Of a stretch of DNA of 64,000 nucleotides, positions 19,268-28,271 are shown piece by piece; within the stretch, counting starts at the first letter, position 1; every line of letters starts with the position of its first letter. The notes under the pieces were generated by a model that saw only the letters and a program-made list of their open reading frames with translations, searched no databases and was not told the origin of the DNA. The position numbers and the translations under genes were made by a program. The stretch is taken from the sequence record DRR723986_15960. One strand, 5' to 3'.

Positions 19268-19693
19268 ATGAGTTTAGATAAAATTTTAGCTATTTCTGGT
19301 AAGCCAGGCTTATACGAAATTGTTACACAAACACGAACTGGAGCTGTGGTAGAATCGTTGATTGATAAAAAACGAATTACCGTTGGTACACATAGTAATA
19401 TTAGTATATTAAGTGAAATAGCTATATATACCTTAACCGAAGAAGTTCCTTTGTGCGAAGTTCTTAAGAAGGTTAAAGAAAAAGAAAATGGAGAACCAAC
19501 TTCAATTAGCCATAAGGATGGAAAACTTGCCTTAGAGGAATTTTTCTTTGAAGTCTTACCAGAATACGATGAGGATAGAGTTTATCCTTCTGATATTAAA
19601 AAAGTTATTCAGTGGTATAACCTATTACAGAAAAACAATTTACTCGATACCTTAGAGGCTGAGGAAGAAAACGATTCCTCAGAGGAAGAATAA
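19268..19693 (+). CDS. DUF5606-type Bacteroidota conserved protein
   Basis: ILAISGKPGLY, YDEDRVY.SDIKK..WYN. Confidence 0.75.
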   Translation: MSLDKILAISGKPGLYEIVTQTRTGAVVESLIDKKRITVGTHSNISILSEIAIYTLTEEVPLCEVLKKVKEKENGEPTSISHKDGKLALEEFFFEVLPEYDEDRVYPSDIKKVIQWYNLLQKNNLLDTLEAEEENDSSEEE

Positions 19694-19694
19694 T

Positions 19695-20468
19695 ATGTCT
19701 GCAAAAACACCTCAATTAAAAGCCTTTGAGCGATTGCTTATTATCATGGACGAACTGCGAGAGCAATGTCCTTGGGATAAAAAGCAAACTATGGAGTCTT
19801 TGCGTCATTTAACGATAGAGGAAGTTTATGAGTTAGGTGATGCTATATTAGATAACGATTTAGACGAAGTAAAAAAAGAATTGGGTGATGTGTTATTGCA
19901 TATTGTATTTTACTCTAAAATAGGTAGTGAAACCGATACTTTTGATATCGCTGATGTTTGCAATAGTATTTGTGATAAATTAATTGATCGACACCCTCAT
20001 ATTTACGGTGATGTTAAGGTAGAAAATGAAGAAGACGTAAAACGGAACTGGGAACAATTAAAGTTAAAAGAAGGCAAGAAAAGTGTGTTAGAAGGTGTGC
20101 CTAAGAGCTTACCAGCAATGGTTAAGGCAAACCGTATACAGGATAAAGTTGCTGGAGTAGGGTTTGATTGGGAAAAACCAGAACAGGTATTTGAGAAAGT
20201 AGAAGAGGAGCTAAATGAATTAAAAACCGAAATAGCTAAAGGTAACAAAGATGCTATAGAAAGTGAATTTGGTGACGTTTTATTTTCTATGATTAATTAT
20301 GCACGTTTTCTAAATGTAAATCCAGAGAATGCCTTAGAGCGGACTAATAAAAAATTCATAAAACGCTTTCAGTATCTAGAAAGTAAAGCTAAAGTTTTAA
20401 ATAAGACACTTAAAGACATGACATTATCTGAAATGGATGTTTTTTGGGAAGAGGCAAAATCTATTTAG
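19695..20468 (+). CDS. mazG: Nucleoside triphosphate pyrophosphohydrolase MazG
   Basis: CPWDKKQT, EE.YEL, ELGD, RHPH, GFDW, EFGD. Confidence 0.96.
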   Translation: MSAKTPQLKAFERLLIIMDELREQCPWDKKQTMESLRHLTIEEVYELGDAILDNDLDEVKKELGDVLLHIVFYSKIGSETDTFDIADVCNSICDKLIDRHPHIYGDVKVENEEDVKRNWEQLKLKEGKKSVLEGVPKSLPAMVKANRIQDKVAGVGFDWEKPEQVFEKVEEELNELKTEIAKGNKDAIESEFGDVLFSMINYARFLNVNPENALERTNKKFIKRFQYLESKAKVLNKTLKDMTLSEMDVFWEEAKSI

Positions 20469-20569
20469 TGTTAAAAATCTCTAAAAATCTTTAGCTAAAC
20501 ATCCAAACTAAAATTCTCTCCGTAAATACAGTATATAAAAGCAATTAATGTTTTTATAATCTTAGTAGG

Positions 20570-20664
20570 AGATCTTAATTATTATTTTAAGCGGTTGTAA
20601 TTAAGGTTAATTTAGTTTAGTTAGGGCAAAACCCATCTGTTGAACACAGATGGGTTTTGATTTT
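20570..20664 (+). ncRNA. Candidate sRNA 3 (ends approximate)
   Basis: Hairpin GATCTTAATTAT/GTAATTAAGGTT, single-stranded AATTTAGTTTAGTTAGGG, then a terminator; weak -7-like AATCTTAG at 20558-20565. Confidence 0.45.
20627..20659. terminator. Terminator between convergent mazG and DUF349 genes
   Basis: Perfect 14-bp inverted repeat CAAAACCCATCTGT/ACAGATGGGTTTTG. Confidence 0.85.
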
Positions 20665-20695
20665 AATACTAATAAAATTTATTTGAAATATTTTA

Positions 20696-22678
20696 CTAGC
20701 TATACATTCCACGAATCTTAGCTAACTTCGTTTTCCACGTTTCTAATTGCTTTTTATGATTAGCTATATTTTTGTGGACATCTTTAACCAATGGATTGTC
20801 AGAGTCTACATTAGAGAAAAATTGAAGATTGTTTTCTAATTGTGTAATTTCCGCCTGTACTTCGCCAATCTTTTTACGTATAAAGTTTTGCTCATTATCT
20901 AATAATCTTGTGTCATCAGGATTTGCCAGATTTTCAAGCTTACTTTCAAACTTTACCATCTCTAGTTTGGCTTTATCCATTTTTAACTTATCAAAGGCTT
21001 CATCTATTGCTTTATAAAATTTACCATCTATAAAGCGTTTGTTTTGAGGTACATGTCCTATCTCTTTCCATTCAGCAATTTTAGATTGTAAGACTTTAAT
21101 ATCAGCTTTTGGATCTTCAGTAAATTGCATGGCTTTTAGATCATCAAGGAGTTTTTTCTTCTTATCAAATGCGTCATACAAATGCTGGTTGTCAGCCTTA
21201 CGCTGCTCATGCATTCTATCAAAATAGTGATTGCAGGCACCCTTAAATTGTTTCCAAAATTTATCGCTATCACGCCTTGGGACATGACCTATTTTTTTCC
21301 AATCACTCTGAATTTTCTTCATTAGAGGAGTGACAACCGCAAAATCTTCACTGTCTTTGTTCTCTTCTGCGATTTTAATAAGTTCTTTTTTCTTCTGAAG
21401 ATTCTCGTATTGATCTTTTTTAAGTTCCTTATAAAATTTATTCTTACCGCGATTAAATGTTCTTACAGCATCCTTAAACTTAGCCCAAGTAGCTTCATTT
21501 ACTTTGAGTGGTACTTTGCCTGTATTGAAAAATGCCTCTCGTAAAGTTTCTACTTCTTTTATTTTTTTCTGCCAAGCACCATGAGAACTTACATTATCTT
21601 CAGCTATGGCTTCTATTTTAGAGATAATTTCTTCTTTTTTATCAAGATTTTTTTCGTAGGCTTTATCTAAATCAGCATAATAAGCTTGTCGTTTATCATG
21701 TATTGCCTTTGTAGCATTACTAAAACGCTCCCATACTTCTTCTCTATGCTCTTTGCCAACTGGTCCTAGTTCTTCTTTCCACATTTTGTGTAAGACCTGT
21801 AGTTCTCTAAAAGAGGCATTAATATTGTCATCCTTGGCTAATTCTTCAGCACGTTCTATAATTTTTAATTTCTGCTCATAGTTGTGCTTAAAGTCCATAT
21901 CTCTCAAATCGTTATTGAGGTGTAAGAAATCATAAAAACGTTCTACATGATGGTGATATGTGTTCCAGGCGTTATTATACTTATCTCTTGGTATAGGACC
22001 AGCATTTCGCCATTTTTCTTGTAAATCCTTAAAGTGTTTATACGTTGAATTAATATTTTCTTCAACATTTAATAAGCCTTTAATTTCCTCAATAATGGCT
22101 AATCTGTTCTCTAAATTTTGCTTAAGATTTTGCTCACGTTCCTTATAGTAAGCACTAATGGATTGCTTATAATCTTTGTAAAGTGAATTAAACAGTTTTT
22201 TAGTATCGTTAGTGTAATAAAAGTCTATTTCATTACCACCTTCGTTTATAAACTCTTCCTTTTTTTCTTCGAGTAGTTGATTGAATTTTGCATTAAATTC
22301 AGCCTTTATTTCATTAACATGCTTTGAAATAGTCTGAATTTTATGATGCTTTAAAAGGCGATTTAATTCTGTTGCTAAATCTTGTAAAGACATAGCATGG
22401 TAGTCTTTTTCCTCTACCTCATGACGCTCTGCATTAGATTCATCTTCAGCATCTTCAGCGTTTGAAGCTTCAATTTCTTCTACATGATCTTCTTTAGCAT
22501 CTGTTGGTTCTGACTCTTGTATCGTTTCAGTTTCATTATATGCTTCAGTTGCTTCCTCGTTTGTTTCAGGCTCAACTGTAGTTTCAACTTCAGAAGTTTC
22601 GTTTTTTGTTGGAGTAGTCTCAGTTGATTCTACTTCTTTTTTTCCATCTGCTTCTTGCAGGTTATCATTCTCAGACAT
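20696..22678 (-). CDS. DUF349 repeat protein
   Basis: Repeated W..IG.VP...W..F modules; acidic N-terminus. Confidence 0.88.
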   Translation of the reverse strand: MSENDNLQEADGKKEVESTETTPTKNETSEVETTVEPETNEEATEAYNETETIQESEPTDAKEDHVEEIEASNAEDAEDESNAERHEVEEKDYHAMSLQDLATELNRLLKHHKIQTISKHVNEIKAEFNAKFNQLLEEKKEEFINEGGNEIDFYYTNDTKKLFNSLYKDYKQSISAYYKEREQNLKQNLENRLAIIEEIKGLLNVEENINSTYKHFKDLQEKWRNAGPIPRDKYNNAWNTYHHHVERFYDFLHLNNDLRDMDFKHNYEQKLKIIERAEELAKDDNINASFRELQVLHKMWKEELGPVGKEHREEVWERFSNATKAIHDKRQAYYADLDKAYEKNLDKKEEIISKIEAIAEDNVSSHGAWQKKIKEVETLREAFFNTGKVPLKVNEATWAKFKDAVRTFNRGKNKFYKELKKDQYENLQKKKELIKIAEENKDSEDFAVVTPLMKKIQSDWKKIGHVPRRDSDKFWKQFKGACNHYFDRMHEQRKADNQHLYDAFDKKKKLLDDLKAMQFTEDPKADIKVLQSKIAEWKEIGHVPQNKRFIDGKFYKAIDEAFDKLKMDKAKLEMVKFESKLENLANPDDTRLLDNEQNFIRKKIGEVQAEITQLENNLQFFSNVDSDNPLVKDVHKNIANHKKQLETWKTKLAKIRGMYS

Positions 22679-22768
22679 GTGTCGTTATTTTTATTAGGAT
22701 GTTAAAGATAGTAACAAGTGGCTGAAATCCAAAGATAAAAGCACTTTGAGATAATATTTTAATAGGTT

Positions 22769-23530
22769 TTAATCCTTATTCCAAATTTCCCAAGACTTTT
22801 CAGCTTGCAGTTTTAGCATTTCTAAACCATTTATTATTGTTGCCCCTTTTGCATGACCTTGCTTCAAAAATTTAGTTTGCTCTGGGTTGTAAATTAAATC
22901 ATACAGAATATGATTGCTGCTAATAGTATTGTAAGGTATGTTAGGGCAATCTTCAATATTTGGAAAAGTGCCTAATGGAGTACAGTTAATAATAATTTGA
23001 TATTTTGAAATTATAGAATCTGTCAAATCTGAATATTGAAATTTAACACCATTTTTCTTATTTCGAGATACGAAGGCATGTTTTATGCCTAGTTTTTTTA
23101 GAGCGTAGGCAATGGCTTTTGATGCTCCTCCAGTACCTAATATCAGTGCTCTTTTGTGTTGTTTATTTAGATGAGGTTCTAATGAATTTTTAAAACCATA
23201 ATAATCAGTGTTATAACCAACAAGTTTGTTCTTTTTGGTTATTCTTATTGTATTTACAGCACCTATTTTCTTGGCTTTTTTATTAAGCCCATCTAATAAT
23301 GGAATGACTTCTTCTTTATATGGAATGGTTACGTTTAGTCCTTTAAGGTTAGTTGTAGACTTAATAACAGGAATCAATTCTTCAATAGATTGTAAATCAA
23401 AGTTTAAATAAGTATGAGGTAAGTTGTTGATTTTAAATTTTTCAGCAAAATAACCTCTAGAAAAAGAGTAAGAGATATCACGCCCTACTAGTCCGAATTT
23501 ATGCTTTAATTTGCCTTGTGCGTTGTCCAT
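22769..23530 (-). CDS. aroE: Shikimate dehydrogenase
   Basis: NVTIPYK, GAVNT, NTD, GTGGA, DLIYNP, GLEML..QA. Confidence 0.93.
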   Translation of the reverse strand: MDNAQGKLKHKFGLVGRDISYSFSRGYFAEKFKINNLPHTYLNFDLQSIEELIPVIKSTTNLKGLNVTIPYKEEVIPLLDGLNKKAKKIGAVNTIRITKKNKLVGYNTDYYGFKNSLEPHLNKQHKRALILGTGGASKAIAYALKKLGIKHAFVSRNKKNGVKFQYSDLTDSIISKYQIIINCTPLGTFPNIEDCPNIPYNTISSNHILYDLIYNPEQTKFLKQGHAKGATIINGLEMLKLQAEKSWEIWNKD

Positions 23531-24518
23531 ACCATTCTAATCCTAAAACTATAAGGATTCCTAGGGCAATATAAGCAATTGCAATATAAGTTTGGGTATT
23601 CCATTCTGGTAAAAAACGTACGTAATTTTCAATCACTTGTTTTCCTGTAGAATCTAAAATATAACTACCGTCAATACTCTTTTTATAAATGGTTTCTTTC
23701 CACGGCCATACCACTCCTAGAGAGCCAATAATAAAACCAACAATTGTTGCTAAGGTGATATTTTTATAATGATGAAGAATATAGTTAAGTATATGCGAAA
23801 AAGTAACAAGTCCTGTAACAGAACCTAGCGTAAAAACACCTAAAACTTTAAGCATTCTCATTCTTATTTCATTATGAATGAAATCAAAATTTCCACTGAA
23901 AATATCTGTAATAGTATCGTATAGTGCATTTACAGAATCTACTAGTAATAGCACATAGTTTCCTAACAAAATAAGTATAAATGAACCCGAAAAGCCAGGT
24001 AACGTCATACCTGAAACACTAATTATACCGCAGAAAAAAACAAAAATCAGGTTGTCGTTTTCGGTTGCAGGATCTAAAAAGCTAATACTTATTCCTGCTA
24101 CAGCACCCAAAATTAAAGCTAAAATTGTTTTGTTATTCCAAGCATTAAAATCTTTACTTATGTAGTAGATTGAGCCTAGTATCATACCAAAAAAAGTACT
24201 CCATACATAAAGTTCGTAGTTAACTATTAGGTAATCTAAAATTTTTGAAATACTAAAATAACTCACTACCATACCCAAAAAAAGCAGTGCTAAAAATTTA
24301 CCGTTTATATAACGATAAAAACTCTTGAATCTTCCATTAAATAATAGCTTAAACGCTGTTTGGTTAACTCGTTGTAATGAATAAATAAACTCTTCGTAAA
24401 AACCTGCAACAAATGCCACAACTCCACCAGAAACTCCAGGAACTTTATTTGCAGCTCCCATAGCCAATCCTTTAATGACCAAGAAGACGCGATCTTTAAG
24501 GGTTCTGGTGCTTTGCAT
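23499..24518 (-). CDS. DUF368 membrane protein (undecaprenyl-phosphate translocase family), paralog 2
   Basis: MGAANKVPGVSGG and MTLPGFSGS internal repeats. Confidence 0.88.
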   Translation of the reverse strand: MQSTRTLKDRVFLVIKGLAMGAANKVPGVSGGVVAFVAGFYEEFIYSLQRVNQTAFKLLFNGRFKSFYRYINGKFLALLFLGMVVSYFSISKILDYLIVNYELYVWSTFFGMILGSIYYISKDFNAWNNKTILALILGAVAGISISFLDPATENDNLIFVFFCGIISVSGMTLPGFSGSFILILLGNYVLLLVDSVNALYDTITDIFSGNFDFIHNEIRMRMLKVLGVFTLGSVTGLVTFSHILNYILHHYKNITLATIVGFIIGSLGVVWPWKETIYKKSIDGSYILDSTGKQVIENYVRFLPEWNTQTYIAIAYIALGILIVLGLEWYGQRTRQIKA

Positions 24519-25486
24519 TACACTTTATTATTGTTGCTACCTAGATATTCTAAAATTAAGATTGAGGCAAAACCAATAACCATAAATATAATAGCCAATA
24601 ACATTTGATTATCTCCATCATAGGAAGAAGGCAGTATGCTTTTGTCTAATAAGGTAACAACTTCACCCTTTGAATTTACTCGTGTTTTGAGTACTTCCTT
24701 CCATGGCCAAATTTTGTTTAAGGAACCAATCATAAATCCGGTAAGAATTGCAAGCGTTAGGTTTTTTTTATGCTTAAACATCCAGTTTAATGCTTTTGAA
24801 AATACCTTTATACCAACAATTGCTCCAATGGCTAGTAATAAAAAGTTTATAAAAGCATCCTTAAACATGGTCATATCTCCATTAACTAGTCCATCTCTAA
24901 GATTATTTATGGTGTCTATAGCAGTTTGATAAGCACCAAGAATTAATAAGATAAAAGCTCCAGATACTCCAGGTAAAATCATTGCAATAATGGCAATAAA
25001 ACCACAAAACAATAAATAAAATGGGCTGTCTGGTGATGCAAAAGGCTCAGCTAAAGTTATATAATAAGAAAGTGCTGAAGTTGCTAAAATTGCAATGATG
25101 ACTTTTATATCCCAACCCTTAATTTGTTTTGCGATATATAATATACTTGCAAGTACTAAACCAAAAAAGAAAGACCATAGTAAAACCGGTTCATTATGAA
25201 GGAGCCATTTAATTAATTTAGCTAATGATAAAATACTAATTGCTATACCAGTAAATAATGCAAGTAAAAAGTTGCCATTAATTGAGGTCCAAGCTTCTTT
25301 AAAACCTTTTTCCTTCCAAACCTTTATTGCACTCAATTTGACATTATCAATACTTTCTAGTAATTCTTCATATATACCAGAAATAAAGGCTATTGTGCCA
25401 CCAGAAACACCAGGAACAACATCTGCAGCTCCCATTGCTATACCTTTTAAAGTAATTATTAAGTAGTCTAAAAATCGTCTTTGCAT
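24518..25486 (-). CDS. DUF368 membrane protein, paralog 1
   Basis: MGAADVVPGVSGGT, AMILPGVSGA, GSLNKIWPW; start MQRR at 25486 preferred. Confidence 0.9.
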   Translation of the reverse strand: MQRRFLDYLIITLKGIAMGAADVVPGVSGGTIAFISGIYEELLESIDNVKLSAIKVWKEKGFKEAWTSINGNFLLALFTGIAISILSLAKLIKWLLHNEPVLLWSFFFGLVLASILYIAKQIKGWDIKVIIAILATSALSYYITLAEPFASPDSPFYLLFCGFIAIIAMILPGVSGAFILLILGAYQTAIDTINNLRDGLVNGDMTMFKDAFINFLLLAIGAIVGIKVFSKALNWMFKHKKNLTLAILTGFMIGSLNKIWPWKEVLKTRVNSKGEVVTLLDKSILPSSYDGDNQMLLAIIFMVIGFASILILEYLGSNNNKV

Positions 25487-25521
25487 TTTAAACAATAAGA
25501 AATGCTAAGGTATGGATTTTT

Positions 25522-26928
25522 TTAGTTGAAATTCTTTTTAGAATCTGAAATTATAGCCTTAATTAATGGTCTATTTTCTAACTTTGGAAACAATTCGGAA
25601 ATTATAAAACTATAGTCTATGTTTAGCCTTGTAGCGTTCTTAAGGTGAAATCGTCCTTCTTCGGTTTGGTGCATTGTAAAATAAAGTCCACCTAAACGAT
25701 ATTCTATTTCAGCATTTTCTGGATAGAATTCAGTAGCTTGAATGAGATTGTAAATAGCAGCATCAAACTCACCTAAAGATGTTAAGATATCCGCCCTGTC
25801 TAACCAGGTTTCAATTTCATAATTGCCTAACTCCAGTGTTCTTTTATAGCCACGTTCAGCTTCCTCAAGAAAATTAAGGCGTTTATTTACTGTAGCATAA
25901 AGTTTCCAATACAGTACATTATCACCATCTATATTTACTGCTTTATTAATGTAATAAAGGGCTTTTTGATAGTTTAAATGCTTCATGTAAAATTTAGTGA
26001 TGGCTATCCAGCCCTTATCAAGAAGCACATCTTCATCTACTGTCTTCTTAAAAAATTGTATGGCTAAATCTTCCTGGCCTAACTTCTCGTAGCAATGACC
26101 TATTCTTAACAATGCAAATGACGTTGGATCATCTAATGCTAGCGTAATTTTATAGTTTTCAATGGCTTCTTCGTAGTGCTTAAGTTTTTCTAAGACTTTT
26201 CCTTTTTCAATATATGCACCAACAAATGTATCGTCAGAAATTATTGCAAAATCAAAAGCTGCATTTGCCTTTTCATATTCTTTAATAGTAAAATATTGTC
26301 TTCCGAGTTGATGCCATGCCACTTCGCAATAAGGATGACAATCCAAGAAATTATTTAGGTATTCTATGGCCTCTTCATTCTTATTTAAAAAGTCATAGCA
26401 ATACACAACATTATGAAGGGCAGAGTAATCAGTTTTATCAGTTTCTAAGCATTTTTTAAAATAAATTATGGCATTGTCAAACTGATCTAAGAAAAGATAT
26501 TCCATACCAATTAAAGCATATAAATCACCATCATCTTCTGGTGTACTCGACATACTAACAGCAATTAATAAGGTATCAATTGCTTTTTCATGCTCATCTT
26601 GCTTAGAAAGTACATTTGCTTTCTGAATAAAAACTTCTTCATTCGTTGGTTCTAGTTCATGAAGCATCTCTAGGATATCATTAGCTTCAGAAAATTTGTT
26701 TTCAATAACAAGAATTTCAACTTGGAATAGTCTAAGGTTTATGGATGTAGGATGTTGCTCTAGTCCAAGTTTTATAGCACGTTTAGCTAAGGCTATTTTT
26801 CCATTCTCTAGGTAATGATGAATGATGTTTTCAAATTCACTTGAATCAAAAAACAAAATATCATTTGTTTTTAGCATAGATTCAAATCGGGTAAGAGATA
26901 AATTTTCGTCGTCGTGACTGTAATTCAT
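25522..26928 (-). CDS. Tetratricopeptide repeat protein
   Basis: Many TPR-like helical repeats. Confidence 0.85.
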   Translation of the reverse strand: MNYSHDDENLSLTRFESMLKTNDILFFDSSEFENIIHHYLENGKIALAKRAIKLGLEQHPTSINLRLFQVEILVIENKFSEANDILEMLHELEPTNEEVFIQKANVLSKQDEHEKAIDTLLIAVSMSSTPEDDGDLYALIGMEYLFLDQFDNAIIYFKKCLETDKTDYSALHNVVYCYDFLNKNEEAIEYLNNFLDCHPYCEVAWHQLGRQYFTIKEYEKANAAFDFAIISDDTFVGAYIEKGKVLEKLKHYEEAIENYKITLALDDPTSFALLRIGHCYEKLGQEDLAIQFFKKTVDEDVLLDKGWIAITKFYMKHLNYQKALYYINKAVNIDGDNVLYWKLYATVNKRLNFLEEAERGYKRTLELGNYEIETWLDRADILTSLGEFDAAIYNLIQATEFYPENAEIEYRLGGLYFTMHQTEEGRFHLKNATRLNIDYSFIISELFPKLENRPLIKAIISDSKKNFN

Positions 26929-27088
26929 AAGCGGTTTAATGATTCACTAAATCTAAATTACAGTTATCATTTGCACTTCGTCGATTTTCAACTTAATGTT
27001 TTTAACAAAATAATTAACATTGAAATAAAACTTCAAGTAATTACTGTTGTGTTCTGTAAATCAGATTTTTAAACTGAATAATAATATT

Positions 27089-28264
27089 CTAAATTGAATC
27101 TAGAATTGAAGTTATTATCTCACATCCCATAATTATTTCTTCTTTTGAAATTATTAGTGGAGGAGTAATTCGTATTGCTTTAGGTTCAAAAAGTAACCAA
27201 AATAGGATTAAACCTTCGGCTTGAGAATGCAGAATTACTTCATTAGTAATGTCTGCATTTTCAGTAATTAAGGCTAGCATTAGTCCGCGCCCTCGTATTT
27301 CTTTAATATGCTTATGTTGTAAGTGTTGTCTTATTAGTTTCTCTTTTTCTAAGGCTTCATTCATTAGGTTAGATTCTGTAACCTCAGTTAATGTAGCAAG
27401 AGCAGCTGCAGCAATAACTGGGTTACCACCAAAGGTTGTGATATGACCTAATTTTGGATTGTCACTAAGGCAATCCATCATATCTTTAGATGCAGTAAAT
27501 GCACCAATTGGTAAGCCGCCACCTAGGCCTTTACCTGTGACAACAATATCTGGTATACAATTGTAATGTTCAAAACTAAATAGTTTACCTGTTCTGCCAA
27601 TTCCTGGTTGAATTTCATCTAAGATTAATAAGGCGCCAACTTCATTACAACGTTTCTGTACTTTCTGTAAATAATCATTAATTGGTACAATAAAACCAGC
27701 ACCACCTTGAATGGTCTCTAAAACTACGGCTGCAGTTTTTTGAGTTATCTGATTTAAACACCATTCGCAATTAAAGGTAATATGTCTTACATCTGGTATA
27801 AGAGGTAGAAATGGTTGTTTACGTTCTTGATAATCCATTAAGCTTAAGGAACCCATAGTGTTACCATGGTAAGCATTTTTTGCTGCAATTATCTCGCTTC
27901 TTCCTGTAAATCGACGTGCCAATTTTATACTACCCTCTATTGCTTCGGTGCCAGAATTCACTAAATAAGTTGTTTCTAATGATTCTGGTAAATACTTGGC
28001 TAAAAGTTTAGTAAGTTCTACTGCAGGTTTTTGTATGTATTCTCCATACACCATAACATGCATGTATTTATCTAATTGTTCTTTAACTGCATTTACAACT
28101 TTTGGATTGGAATGTCCTAGACTGTTTGCAGACACTCCCGCGACAAAATCTAAATAAGCCTTACCATTTGAATCATAAATGTAAGATCCTTTTGCATGAC
28201 TTACAGTCATTGCTAAAGGATGTGGCGTAGTTTGAGCCTGATATTTAAAAAAGTCGTTTTGCAT
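27089..28264 (-). CDS. Class III PLP aminotransferase (ArgD-like)
   Basis: NSGTEA, AYHG, ILDEIQ.G.GRTG, GKGLGGG, TTFGGNP. Confidence 0.9.
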   Translation of the reverse strand: MQNDFFKYQAQTTPHPLAMTVSHAKGSYIYDSNGKAYLDFVAGVSANSLGHSNPKVVNAVKEQLDKYMHVMVYGEYIQKPAVELTKLLAKYLPESLETTYLVNSGTEAIEGSIKLARRFTGRSEIIAAKNAYHGNTMGSLSLMDYQERKQPFLPLIPDVRHITFNCEWCLNQITQKTAAVVLETIQGGAGFIVPINDYLQKVQKRCNEVGALLILDEIQPGIGRTGKLFSFEHYNCIPDIVVTGKGLGGGLPIGAFTASKDMMDCLSDNPKLGHITTFGGNPVIAAAALATLTEVTESNLMNEALEKEKLIRQHLQHKHIKEIRGRGLMLALITENADITNEVILHSQAEGLILFWLLFEPKAIRITPPLIISKEEIIMGCEIITSILDSI

Positions 28265-28271
28265 AGTGCAA

